From Candidatus Peribacter sp. (GTDB lineage: Bacteria > Patescibacteriota > Gracilibacteria > Peribacterales > Peribacteraceae), in NCBI GenBank assembly GCA_018652955.1, contig JABIBA010000013.1, positions 164,253 to 228,252 of the forward strand: a stretch of 64,000 bases of DNA. Reading direction: 5' to 3'. Made by a program: the position numbers and the translations under genes. The stretch's first letter is position 1, and every line of letters starts with the position of its first letter. Below the pieces are notes generated by a model. It searched no databases and was not told the DNA's origin. It was given only the letters and a program-made list of their open reading frames with translations. Positions 51,044 through 60,368 of the stretch are shown one piece after another.

Positions 51044-51622
51044 TTGTTAATACACTACCCCAAGCCCACCCTGCAGAAACGTCGTAAACACATCCCGGTA
51101 AAGAAGAAGGAAAAGAGACCACGAATCAACGAGGAAATCCGTGCCCCAGAGGTTCGACTTATTGATGGTGAGGAATCTGTGACTATGACAGTAGCAGCAG
51201 CACTAGAACGTGCCCAAGAAGAAGAATCTGACCTTATTGAGATCTCTCCTAAGGCAACTCCTCCAGTGGTAAAGATCACGGACTTTGGACGCTATATGTA
51301 TCAGTTACAGAAGAAGGAGCAGAAACAGAAGGCACATAATAAGCAGACAGAGGTAAAGATGCTTCGATTCTCTTTTCGTACAGAGAAGCATGACCTCGAT
51401 CGTATCCTCGATAGAGCGAGGGAGTTTCTCTCAGAGCGTCACTTAGTGAAGCTTGTAGTACGTCTAAGGGGTCGAGAGATGACTAACAAAGACTATGCTC
51501 GTCAGAAGCTCGCAGGGCTTGTAGAAGAGCTCATGGACGTCTCTGAGGTAGAACAGGAGGTGAAGCCACAAGGAAACCAGTTTACGGCTATTGTTCGCCC
51601 AAAGAGAGGAGAGAAAGGATAG
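51044..51622 (+). CDS. infC: translation initiation factor IF-3 (non-AUG start)
   Basis: INEEIRAPEVRLIDGEE, PPVVKITDFGRYMYQ and LVKLVVRLRGREM blocks. There is no in-frame ATG upstream of the conserved N-domain. Candidate starts are TTG 51044 or ATA 51050. Confidence 0.88.
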   Translation: MLIHYPKPTLQKRRKHIPVKKKEKRPRINEEIRAPEVRLIDGEESVTMTVAAALERAQEEESDLIEISPKATPPVVKITDFGRYMYQLQKKEQKQKAHNKQTEVKMLRFSFRTEKHDLDRILDRAREFLSERHLVKLVVRLRGREMTNKDYARQKLAGLVEELMDVSEVEQEVKPQGNQFTAIVRPKRGEKG

Positions 51623-51692
51623 CCCACAGAAAACCAGCTAAAATAGTACTATATTGCTTGAAAAAGGCGATTTTACCTATAAACTGCTCCCG

Positions 51693-51887
51693 ATGCCTAA
51701 ACAGAAGAGTCACAGCGGCGCTAAAAAACGGGTCAAAAAGACCGGTTCAGGCAAAGTTGCAGTAAAACGCAACAGCCGAAACCACCTCTTGCTCCAAAAG
51801 AGCACCCGCCAAAAGAGCCTAAACCGCACTCTTATTACTGAAAAAGGCGATACTAAGAAGCTTAAATCCCTCCTTCCCTACCTCTAG
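51693..51887 (+). CDS. rpmI: 50S ribosomal protein L35
   Basis: MPKQKSHSGAKKRVKKTGSGKV N-terminus is diagnostic. ATG 51693 lies inside the longer ORF 51654..51887. Confidence 0.9.
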   Translation: MPKQKSHSGAKKRVKKTGSGKVAVKRNSRNHLLLQKSTRQKSLNRTLITEKGDTKKLKSLLPYL

Positions 51888-52229
51888 ATGCGAGTAAAGA
51901 CTGGTTACATACGAAGTCGGCGTCACAAGAAAATTCGCAACCTTGCGAAAGGATACCGTGGGATGCGTAACTCTACATTCAAGAAGGCGAACGAAGCGGT
52001 GATGAAGGCAGGACAGCACGCTTACATCGACCGTAAAAAGAAGAAGCGCACATTCCGCGCACTCTGGATTACGCGTATTAACGCAGCTGTTGCAGAGCAT
52101 GGTATGAACTACTCACGCTTTATCAAGGCTCTTAAGGATAAGAACGTAGAGCTCGACCGTAAGGCACTCTCAGAACTTGCAGTAAATGACCCTAAGGTCT
52201 TTGCAGCAGTAGTAAAGGCGGTTGCGTAG
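51888..52229 (+). CDS. rplT: 50S ribosomal protein L20
   Basis: [25 protein letters not shown] and [19 protein letters not shown] blocks. Confidence 0.93.
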   Translation: MRVKTGYIRSRRHKKIRNLAKGYRGMRNSTFKKANEAVMKAGQHAYIDRKKKKRTFRALWITRINAAVAEHGMNYSRFIKALKDKNVELDRKALSELAVNDPKVFAAVVKAVA

Positions 52230-52268
52230 TCTTGATAAATCATACCGAAGAGGTATACCGTATTTGTA

Positions 52269-52895
52269 ATGTCTAACCCTGCATCCAAATCCTCTGAACG
52301 TTTTGTCATCGCTTTTACAAGTTTGTATGTGTTAGCCGCTTCTGTTTTTTATGTTCAGAATAGAAACTGGGAGTTTATATTGTATGTCTTTGTGGTGATA
52401 GTTGCAGGTCTACTGATAAAAAATATTCATAGTAAGGTACATTTTTCTACAGGTATTTTGTGGTGCCTTTCTATCTGGGGGCTTATGCACATGTTAGGAG
52501 GATTGATTCAGATTCCTATCTCTTGGCCACACAATGGGGACAGCACAGTGCTGTATAGCCTGTGGTTGATACCAGACTACTTTAAATATGATCACTTAGT
52601 GCACGGATATGGGTTCGGTGTGTGTACGTGGGTGTGTTGGCAGGTGCTACGTCCTATTGTTACTGGAACACATGAATATGTATCAGAAATTGTTCTCGCA
52701 GTCCTCGCAGCCAATGGACTCGGGGCATTTAACGAGCTGATAGAATTCTTTGCGGTACTGATTATCCCGAGTACGAATGTTGGTGGGTACATCAATACAG
52801 GATGGGATCTTGTATTTAATCTCATCGGATCACTAATAGCCGCATGTATTATTTGGTTCGGTAAACCAATTGATATCGATCTCCAGAAGAATTAG
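52269..52895 (+). CDS. polytopic membrane protein (possibly DUF2238/YjdF-like)
   Basis: 208 aa, ~6 hydrophobic helices. YDHLVHGYGFG and NELIEF blocks weakly recall DUF2238. Not verified. Confidence 0.45.
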   Translation: MSNPASKSSERFVIAFTSLYVLAASVFYVQNRNWEFILYVFVVIVAGLLIKNIHSKVHFSTGILWCLSIWGLMHMLGGLIQIPISWPHNGDSTVLYSLWLIPDYFKYDHLVHGYGFGVCTWVCWQVLRPIVTGTHEYVSEIVLAVLAANGLGAFNELIEFFAVLIIPSTNVGGYINTGWDLVFNLIGSLIAACIIWFGKPIDIDLQKN

Positions 52896-53542
52896 CTCTG
52901 CTTCTCTTTCTTTTGCAGCTCTTGCTCTTCGAGTGATGCTTTAATACGCATGGTCGCAATGATTCCTGCACGCTCAGATTCATCAAGTTTCATCTTGATG
53001 TATTTAACAGTCTCTTCGAGGTCTGGGATCATCTTGTGTTCCAAAGCATTTACACGACGACGTGTTGTCTCAAGCTCGATTGCCATAGCTTCTGCTTGCT
53101 TCTCTATTTGTGCGAGATTGATGAGTACTTCGAATACTTGTTCAAGTGCTTCTACAGCTTCATCAAACATTGCGTTGGTTCCTGCATATCCGTAAGACTT
53201 AATGGTTCCTTCTTTAGAAATCGTAAAGTTTGGGATCTTCACACTCATGACGCTCTTGGTTTCTACTTCCAGTTCGATCTTTGCTTGTGGGCTGCTGAGC
53301 GCGTTCTGGAGCTGTGCATCTGTCATCCATGCAGAAGCTGCAAGGAACTTCTTAAACACGTTTCCAAGCTCTTCCTCGACCTCTTCACGGAGTGTCTTTG
53401 CCTGTCTGACAATACCCATAAACTGTTGCATCAGTCCGTCTTGTTTGTCCTTCAGGAGCTTGTGACCTCGCTTAGAAGACTTATGTCTCCTCTTGAGTTC
53501 CATGAGGGCCATGCGTGTTGGGTTGACGTTTAAGAGAGCCAT
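52892..53542 (-). CDS. ntpD: V/A-type ATPase subunit D
   Basis: MALLNVNPTRMALMELKRRHKSSKRGHKLLKDKQD N-terminus is diagnostic. Confidence 0.9.
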   Translation of the reverse strand: MALLNVNPTRMALMELKRRHKSSKRGHKLLKDKQDGLMQQFMGIVRQAKTLREEVEEELGNVFKKFLAASAWMTDAQLQNALSSPQAKIELEVETKSVMSVKIPNFTISKEGTIKSYGYAGTNAMFDEAVEALEQVFEVLINLAQIEKQAEAMAIELETTRRRVNALEHKMIPDLEETVKYIKMKLDESERAGIIATMRIKASLEEQELQKKEKQS

Positions 53543-53544
53543 AA

Positions 53545-54318
53545 TTAGCCTTTGGAAGGGGTAGGATTCTTTTTAAGTTCTGCGTAGAGCGCTACGGTAC
53601 ACACCATAAAGAAGACACCAGCGAAGGCATCGACAAAGTCTGTGAGTACTGCAGCGAGCGTAACAAGACGCTCATCAATTGTTGTTGTAATTGCGACGAT
53701 AATGCCATCGATAATTCCTACAGGAATAAAGATGCAGATTGCGATGAGCATAAGAGGCCAAAATACCTCCCACGTTCTTCCTTTTACAAAGTCTTTACTC
53801 TTATCGAGCACTGGGCGCCCGTAGGCAACTTTTCCTTCTTCAATGAGCATGATGTCGTAGAAGATTGTGCGTACGGAGTAGATGATTCCAGGAACGATGA
53901 GAAGCACACACCAAAGCAGTGTGATGATTCCTCGTAAGATTTCTAGTAGTGCTAGTGGTCCAATAAATTTGTATCCTTCTTTGCGTACCGCTTTAAACGA
54001 AGTGCGGTTGCGTCCAGCAGGGCTACTTACCAATCGCTTCGCAACAGTAAGTACACATGCCTGCCCCCAGAAGAGGAAGAAGAACAGTGCAACGAGCAGA
54101 GGAACAAAGAGTGCAATTTCCATCGCAGTAAATGATGCGAGTTTCACGCCGTCTACATCCAATCCTTGTGCACCTGCCTCTGCAACACCGATCATTCCGC
54201 TTAGTGCATCCATGAATGCAATCGGAAGGAAGAACATCCAGAAAGCGATTTCATTGAGCACAGGTTGCTTCTTGTAGAAGCTCCAAGATGTGCCGATGAT
54301 AGAAAGTGGAGAGATCAT
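53545..54318 (-). CDS. polytopic membrane protein of unknown function embedded between V-ATPase B and D genes
   Basis: 257 aa, ~6 TM helices. An 8-nt gap after the B stop and a 2-nt gap before the D start. Not a canonical V/A-ATPase subunit. Confidence 0.55.
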   Translation of the reverse strand: MISPLSIIGTSWSFYKKQPVLNEIAFWMFFLPIAFMDALSGMIGVAEAGAQGLDVDGVKLASFTAMEIALFVPLLVALFFFLFWGQACVLTVAKRLVSSPAGRNRTSFKAVRKEGYKFIGPLALLEILRGIITLLWCVLLIVPGIIYSVRTIFYDIMLIEEGKVAYGRPVLDKSKDFVKGRTWEVFWPLMLIAICIFIPVGIIDGIIVAITTTIDERLVTLAAVLTDFVDAFAGVFFMVCTVALYAELKKNPTPSKG

Positions 54319-54326
54319 ATAGAGAT

Positions 54327-55769
54327 TTATGCAGTTACTGCTTCAGCAGCTTCTTTCTTTTTCTTCATGTAGGTTTCAATCTGTGCAGGCTTAACACGCT
54401 TGAGCTCTGACCGTGGAATCTCTGTAAGGAGGTCCCAACCAATGTTGAGTGAATCAAAGATAGAACGGTTCTCGTTTTCTCCTTGTGTGATAAATTCTTT
54501 CTCGAATCGATCTGCAAACTTAAGGTACGCCTTGTCAGTATCTGAGAGAGAGGACTCTCCAAGGATAACTGCAAGTTCACGTACTTCTACACCACGAGCG
54601 TAACATGCTGTAAGTTGCGCATCCATTCCACTGTGATCTTCACGTGTAACACCTTCTCCTTGAGCCTTACCTTTAAGACGTGAGAGAGATCCCATAGGGA
54701 TAACAGGTGGGAAGATGGTTTTCTGGTGGAGTCCACGGTCGAGACGAATCTGTCCCTCCGTAATATATCCTGTAAGGTCAGGAATTGGGTGAGTAACATC
54801 ATCTTCTGGCATAGTAAGGATCGGAATCTGAGTGATAGATCCTTTCTTTCCTTTAATACGTCCAGCTCGCTCGTACAAAGTTGCAAGGTCCGTATAGAGA
54901 TAACCTGGGTAACCACGTCGACCTGGAACTTCTTTTCGCGCAGCAGAGATTTCTCGAAGCGCTTCACAGTAGTTGGTCATATCTGTAATGATCACTGTTA
55001 CGTGATAGTCCTTTTCGTATGCAAGGTATTCAGCTGCAGTAAGTGCAAGACGTGGAGTAGCGATACGTTCTGCTACTGGGTTGTCTGCAGTGTTAAGGAA
55101 GAGAACCGCACGGCTAAGAGCACCTGTTTTTTCGAACTCGTTTTTAAAGAACTGTGCTTCTTCAAAGGTTACTCCCATCGCTGCGAATACCACTGCGAAC
55201 TTGTCATCCTTCTCTACAGTCTCTGCTCCTTTTCCTTCTGCAACTTCTCCTTCTGTAAGCACACGAGCCTGACGAGCGATTTGTGCTGCAAGCTGAGCGT
55301 GCGGTAGTCCTGCTCCAGAGAAGATCGGAAGCTTCTGTCCTCGTACAAGTGTGTTGAGTACATCAATGGTAGAGATACCTGTTTGGATAAAGTCATCTGG
55401 GAAGTCACGAGATGCAGGGTTGATCGGTGCACCGTTAATATCGAGCTTCTTTTCTGGAACGATCTCAGGACCGTTATCCATTGGCTTACCAGATCCGTTA
55501 AAGATGCGTCCGAGCATATCTTCGGAGACACCAAGTTCGAATGTGCGGCCAAGGAAGCGAACCTTTGTTCCTTCTGTGGTTGCCCCCTGAGCGGACTCAA
55601 AGAGCTGTACGACTGCAAGTCCCTCTCGAGACTCCAGTACTTTACCAAGACGCTTAGAGCCGTCGGTAAGTTCAATTTCGCAGAGTTCATCGTATGCAAC
55701 GCCTTCTACATCCTTAACCATAAGGAGTGGACCGGCGATGTCGTGAACTGTTTTGTAAGCGGTAGACAT
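54327..55769 (-). CDS. ntpB: V/A-type ATPase subunit B
   Basis: 480 aa. Full-length similarity to V-type B (e.g. [51 protein letters not shown]). Confidence 0.95.
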   Translation of the reverse strand: MSTAYKTVHDIAGPLLMVKDVEGVAYDELCEIELTDGSKRLGKVLESREGLAVVQLFESAQGATTEGTKVRFLGRTFELGVSEDMLGRIFNGSGKPMDNGPEIVPEKKLDINGAPINPASRDFPDDFIQTGISTIDVLNTLVRGQKLPIFSGAGLPHAQLAAQIARQARVLTEGEVAEGKGAETVEKDDKFAVVFAAMGVTFEEAQFFKNEFEKTGALSRAVLFLNTADNPVAERIATPRLALTAAEYLAYEKDYHVTVIITDMTNYCEALREISAARKEVPGRRGYPGYLYTDLATLYERAGRIKGKKGSITQIPILTMPEDDVTHPIPDLTGYITEGQIRLDRGLHQKTIFPPVIPMGSLSRLKGKAQGEGVTREDHSGMDAQLTACYARGVEVRELAVILGESSLSDTDKAYLKFADRFEKEFITQGENENRSIFDSLNIGWDLLTEIPRSELKRVKPAQIETYMKKKKEAAEAVTA

Positions 55770-55792
55770 AATAAGAGTTGGAAAGTTGGAGA

Positions 55793-57553
55793 TTAGAGGG
55801 AGGAAATTTGGGAACGGATAGTTTCATCAAGTTTGTTAAAGCTCTCTTCGACTTCTTCTTCTGGGAAGAAGCTGGCTTGAGCAATCTCTTCTTTTACAGG
55901 AAGTTCCTGTAGCTTTTTAAATTCGAAGTCTTCTTGAACAATTACTGGCTCTGCCATATCGGCAAATGTAAGGATCGACTTAAGAAGACGGTACTGCTTT
56001 TGAAGAGAGCTGTAGGCATCTACTGGGTCGAATCCGTTTTGGAACAAGAAGTCTTCACGAATCATTCGTGCAGTCTCCATAGTAAGTTGTTCTTTTGGTG
56101 AGAGTGCATCCATACCAACGAGACGTACGATTTCTTCGAGCTTGCTTTCATCCTGCAAGATCTCTTGAGCACGTCGGCGGTTACTTGCGAAGTCTTCTGC
56201 AATTTCTTTTCCGTACCAACCTTCGAGGTTGTCTGCATACAGTGTGTAGCTCTGGAGCCAGTTGATAGCAGGGAAGTGACGCTTGTAAGCAAGCTTCGCA
56301 TCCAATGCCCAGAACACTTTAGTCACACGAAGTGTGTTCTGTGTAACAGGCTCGGAGAAGTCTCCTCCAGGAGGGGACACCGCACCAATAACAGAGAGAG
56401 ATCCTTTTCGGCTGTCGCTACCTGCACACTCCACAATACCTGCACGCTCGTAGAATCCTGCTGTGCGAGATCCTAAGTACGCTGGGTATCCTTCTTCACC
56501 TGGCATTTCTTCGAGACGTCCACTCATCTCACGCATAGCTTCTGCCCAACGTGATGTGGAGTCGGCCATGAGCGCTACATCGTATCCCATATCACGGTAG
56601 TACTCTGCAATAGTGATACCGGTGTATACAGATGCTTCACGAGCAGCCACTGGCATGTTCGAAGTGTTGGCGATCATGATTGTTCTCTTCATCAGAGGCT
56701 CTCCTGAGTTTGGATCTTTAAGGTGAGGGAACTCTGTAAGTACTTCAGTCATCTCGTTACCACGCTCTCCACAACCGATGTACACAATCACCTGCGCGTT
56801 ACAGTACTTCGCAAGAGATTGCTGTGTCACAGTTTTTCCAGCTCCGAAAGGTCCTGGAATCGCACCAGATCCTCCACGAGCAATAGGGAAGAGCATATCA
56901 AGTACGCGCATTCCAGTGATCAGTGGTTCGCTCGGAATAAGCTTTCCCTGCACAGGGCGAGGAATACGAATCGGCCACTTCTGGAGCATCGCTACTTCGT
57001 GCTTCTTTCCATCTGCGTCTTTAATAACAGCGATAACTTCTTCGATCGTAAAGTTTCCCGACTTCACTTCTTCAACTGTTCCACTTAGGTTTGGTGGAAC
57101 CATTACCTTGTGTTCGATTAGCGTTGTTTCTGGAACAGTTCCGAGAATGTCACCACCTGACACTTCGTCACCAACAGAAGCTGTAGCAGTAAAGTCCCAC
57201 TTAGCGCTGCGGCTAAGACCAGGTACTTCGATACCACGAGTAATAAATGGGCTCTGTGCTTCTTTTTCGATGAGCTCTAGCGGACGCTGGATTCCATCGT
57301 AGATAGAAGTAAGAAGACCAGGAGCAAGCTCTACAGAGAGCGTGTTTCCAGTAAGCTCTACAGGCTCACCTGGTCCAATACCAGATGTTTCCTCGTAGAC
57401 CTGAATAGAGGCTTCTTCACCGTGAAGTTCGATAACTTCACCGATGAGTTTCTCTTTCGAGACTTTTACAACCTCGTACATTTTTGCATCGCTCATCCCG
57501 TTGGCAACAACGAGCGGTCCTGCGACTTTGGTAATGGTGGCTGTCTTAGACAT
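55793..57553 (-). CDS. ntpA: V/A-type ATPase catalytic subunit A
   Basis: Walker [20 protein letters not shown] and [31 protein letters not shown] blocks. 586 aa. Confidence 0.95.
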   Translation of the reverse strand: MSKTATITKVAGPLVVANGMSDAKMYEVVKVSKEKLIGEVIELHGEEASIQVYEETSGIGPGEPVELTGNTLSVELAPGLLTSIYDGIQRPLELIEKEAQSPFITRGIEVPGLSRSAKWDFTATASVGDEVSGGDILGTVPETTLIEHKVMVPPNLSGTVEEVKSGNFTIEEVIAVIKDADGKKHEVAMLQKWPIRIPRPVQGKLIPSEPLITGMRVLDMLFPIARGGSGAIPGPFGAGKTVTQQSLAKYCNAQVIVYIGCGERGNEMTEVLTEFPHLKDPNSGEPLMKRTIMIANTSNMPVAAREASVYTGITIAEYYRDMGYDVALMADSTSRWAEAMREMSGRLEEMPGEEGYPAYLGSRTAGFYERAGIVECAGSDSRKGSLSVIGAVSPPGGDFSEPVTQNTLRVTKVFWALDAKLAYKRHFPAINWLQSYTLYADNLEGWYGKEIAEDFASNRRRAQEILQDESKLEEIVRLVGMDALSPKEQLTMETARMIREDFLFQNGFDPVDAYSSLQKQYRLLKSILTFADMAEPVIVQEDFEFKKLQELPVKEEIAQASFFPEEEVEESFNKLDETIRSQISSL

Positions 57554-57571
57554 TATAAGAAGTGGGAAAAA

Positions 57572-57823
57572 TTATTGATTACAATTTATAGAATTGACTG
57601 CTCTGCTTCTTCGGGATCTTTCGATAATCTCAGTGACTACTCCATCAACAAAACCTTCTTGCACAGCATCCTTTCGTTGCTCTGATGCCTTACCAAAGAA
57701 TCCGAGCATTCCTGGTGCACTGACTAATGGAGATTGCGTAGGCCTATCTGCTTCTGCTCTGCGTAGCGTTGCTTCAGCAATTGTGTCTAATGCCGACTGT
57801 TCCATAGAGAGAGATTTGCTCAT
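57572..57823 (-). CDS. small hypothetical protein (83 aa) between V-ATPase F and A genes
   Basis: Tightly packed: 2 nt after the F stop and 18 nt before the A start. No motif. Coding status inferred from spacing only. Confidence 0.4.
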   Translation of the reverse strand: MSKSLSMEQSALDTIAEATLRRAEADRPTQSPLVSAPGMLGFFGKASEQRKDAVQEGFVDGVVTEIIERSRRSRAVNSINCNQ

Positions 57824-57825
57824 AG

Positions 57826-58176
57826 TTATTGGAGAATATCGGAACCGACTGCGCGTTCGACAATGCGCTTGAGGCGTTGCAAACCGTAGCCGGTTGCTCC
57901 TTCGTGTGAAGGAAGCGGGATAATAGCGGGCAAGGCCCCCTTGGCGAGCTTCTTCTCATCATCTGGAGAAATACCGCCAGCGAGGTCTTCGGTAATAAAT
58001 ATAATTGCGTAGGTGTTTACTTCGATACCACGTTCGTCTTCACGTCGTTCCCTCTTTAGCTTCAGAAGTTGTTCTACAGCTTCTACTGGAGACTCAACAG
58101 GGATTACATCCACACCAAGCAGAGAGAACCCTGCAACTGCATCACGGGAGCCGACGATAGCGGTCTTGTATTTCAT
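57826..58176 (-). CDS. V/A-type ATPase subunit F
   Basis: KTAIVGSRDAVAGFSLLGVDV N-terminus is typical of subunit F. 116 aa. Confidence 0.8.
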   Translation of the reverse strand: MKYKTAIVGSRDAVAGFSLLGVDVIPVESPVEAVEQLLKLKRERREDERGIEVNTYAIIFITEDLAGGISPDDEKKLAKGALPAIIPLPSHEGATGYGLQRLKRIVERAVGSDILQ

Positions 58177-59165
58177 TAGAGTACGTAGTGAGAGGCAGAC
58201 AAAAATGGTGGAAGCATGAGCTTAATTTCTTGAGGGCTCATGTTTGCACGCTTACCAATGAGTAACACTCTCAGGAGTCTCATCTGACTTTGAGCAAGTG
58301 CTGCAAAGGCGAACACCGGTTCGATGCTGAGTGGAACATTCCACATGTGTGCAATGTCATCGGCTGTTACTTTGCTGAGTGCGTGTTCTACTGCGTTAGA
58401 ATCTCCCACTGCCTTGCGTACATTCTCTGCAAGTTCGTAAGGAAGAGTAGATCGATTTATTGCACTGACGATGCCAGGTACACCTTTGGTAAGTGCTGCA
58501 GGAGGAATACTTCCTCCTTCTATAAGATCATCAGCATTTCTTAGTGCTGTGCGAATATTACTGAGGTCGATCTTGTGTTCGACATAAGTTTTTAACGCTT
58601 TAGATCCGCTCGCACGAGCAAGGGAAAGTTGAACAGTTGCAATGTACTGCGCTACTGCACTGTCGATGGACTTTGGAGTTACCTCCTTCATAGCTTTTAC
58701 AGTCTTCACAAATTCTGTGAGGTGAGATGGAAGCGTTCCGATTTCACCTTCATTAACGAGTGCTTCTAGAGCATCTGCTCCGTAGGCAGTCATGGCACCT
58801 GTAGGCTTTGTGCTTACTGCAGATGTTAGTCCGTGATGTGCTTTAAGTAGATACGAAAGCATAGGGGAGTCTTCTTCGAGCCAGAGAATATGGAAGGCAG
58901 GTTTCTTACTTTCTGGGGCCATAATTTCTACCTCTTCTCGTACCCATGCTCCTATCGCAAGAAGGATTTCGTCACTCTTCTTGAGTCCCTGTTCTATAGG
59001 GTTCGTAAGTTTGAGTTCTGTCAAAATAGACTCTGCTTCTGGGAGGTTCGCAGCACCTAGTAAGCGATCTCTATCGCTAGCCGTGAGCAGCAACTGCTGC
59101 AATACACCGGTGCGCCCAGAGGCGTACGCGAAGTGTTGGCCGATAACAGACTGCAATGCGCTCAT
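58176..59165 (-). CDS. ntpC: V/A-type ATPase subunit C (eukaryotic d-like)
   Basis: 329 aa, all-helical. Position between E and F as in ntp/atp V-type operons. Confidence 0.75.
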   Translation of the reverse strand: MSALQSVIGQHFAYASGRTGVLQQLLLTASDRDRLLGAANLPEAESILTELKLTNPIEQGLKKSDEILLAIGAWVREEVEIMAPESKKPAFHILWLEEDSPMLSYLLKAHHGLTSAVSTKPTGAMTAYGADALEALVNEGEIGTLPSHLTEFVKTVKAMKEVTPKSIDSAVAQYIATVQLSLARASGSKALKTYVEHKIDLSNIRTALRNADDLIEGGSIPPAALTKGVPGIVSAINRSTLPYELAENVRKAVGDSNAVEHALSKVTADDIAHMWNVPLSIEPVFAFAALAQSQMRLLRVLLIGKRANMSPQEIKLMLPPFLSASHYVL

Positions 59166-59716
59166 TAGAAGAGAATTTTGGAAGTAGCTAATTCATGTGA
59201 AGGACGTACAACGTGCTCCATGAGATGCTCAAAGGTAAAGTCTTGCTCTTCTTTGTCAGAGACAAAGAGGAAACCTCCTTTAGCATTGGTTGGCTTTTCG
59301 ATACGGAACTGTTCTGACGGACAAATCTTTTTTAGGAGATCTGCGTGCTTGCTACTTGGGTGGATAACACCCTTGTTTTTAATACGCTTGAGACAAGAAC
59401 GGAGCAGTGGCTCTATTTCTTTGTCATCAACTGCACTGAGTTCTTTTGATGCAGTTGCAAACACGTTATCAAGGAGTTCCTTTTTCTTAGCAAGTACCGC
59501 ATTGCGCTTTTGTGCATGTGCATGCGTGTGAGCCTTTGCGGATAGCTGATCCATCTTTTGCTGTTTGCTGACGGCAATTTCTTGCTTCTTCTTTGAGAGA
59601 TTGCGTTCGCTTTCCTCACGCATTTGTGTGAGTGCGCGTTGGTGCTCTGTACGAGCAGAGGCAATCTGCTTGTCAGCTTCGGCGGTGATGGCAGCGAGAA
59701 TATCTTGTAAAGCCAT
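59165..59716 (-). CDS. ntpE: V/A-type ATPase subunit E (peripheral stalk)
   Basis: 183 aa. Long N-terminal coiled coil plus a globular C-terminus (GGFLFVSDKEEQDFTFEHLM). Operon position fits. Confidence 0.8.
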   Translation of the reverse strand: MALQDILAAITAEADKQIASARTEHQRALTQMREESERNLSKKKQEIAVSKQQKMDQLSAKAHTHAHAQKRNAVLAKKKELLDNVFATASKELSAVDDKEIEPLLRSCLKRIKNKGVIHPSSKHADLLKKICPSEQFRIEKPTNAKGGFLFVSDKEEQDFTFEHLMEHVVRPSHELATSKILF

Positions 59717-59748
59717 GACGTAAGGTTGGGAGTTAAATGAGAGAAGAC

Positions 59749-60333
59749 TTACACAACTGGGATGATTCCTACCTTGAAGCTGTTAAGCATGAAGAAAGAA
59801 ATCAAGAATCCAAGAAGAGCGTATGTCTCAACAAGAGCGGCCATAGTAATAACACGACCTGTAAGCTTGTCGTCTTTAGCAAGCATGTGCATACCAGCAG
59901 CACATACCTTCGCCTGGTAAGGAGAAGATGTGAGGCAAGTAATAGCAACAGGCAATGCAGCTGCAAAAAGAATAACACCCTGTGAAAGAGAGATAGCAAC
60001 TGAGCCATCAATTACAGGACCGTAGTTAAAGATGAATAGTAGTGAGATAACCATTCCGTAGAGCCCCTGAGAACCAGGAAGCACCATAAGAGTGATAACC
60101 TTACCAGCGAGTTCAGGCTTCTCTGTAAGAAGACCTGCACCTGCTTGACCAGTCATAGAAACACCAAGGATAGAACCAAGGCAAGAAAGGAAGGTAGCCA
60201 TTGCAGCACCAATGAAGGCAAGTGCAAGACCCCATTGCACAGCACCAGCAACAGAAGATGTTGGGTCTTGTGCGAGTACAGCTACTGGAGCGAAAGCAAC
60301 AGCTGCTGTGATAAGTTTGTAAGATGTTTTCAT
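59749..60333 (-). CDS. ntpK: V/A-type ATPase proteolipid subunit K (duplicated 4-TM c subunit) with N-terminal signal-like extension
   Basis: Aligns with Enterococcus hirae NtpK: VLPGSQGLYG, SPYQAKVCAAG, AALVETYALLGF. Extra N-terminus MKTSYKLITAAVAFAPVAVLAQD. Confidence 0.88.
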   Translation of the reverse strand: MKTSYKLITAAVAFAPVAVLAQDPTSSVAGAVQWGLALAFIGAAMATFLSCLGSILGVSMTGQAGAGLLTEKPELAGKVITLMVLPGSQGLYGMVISLLFIFNYGPVIDGSVAISLSQGVILFAAALPVAITCLTSSPYQAKVCAAGMHMLAKDDKLTGRVITMAALVETYALLGFLISFFMLNSFKVGIIPVV

Positions 60334-60368
60334 GGGAAAACGTGGGAAAGTAAGAAAAAAATATTTGA

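Noticed and set aside
51654-51692. Longer L35 ORF starting at 51654 (MLEKGDFTYKLLP...)
   Set aside because: The canonical L35 N-terminus MPKQKSH begins at ATG 51693. The upstream extension has no homology expectation.
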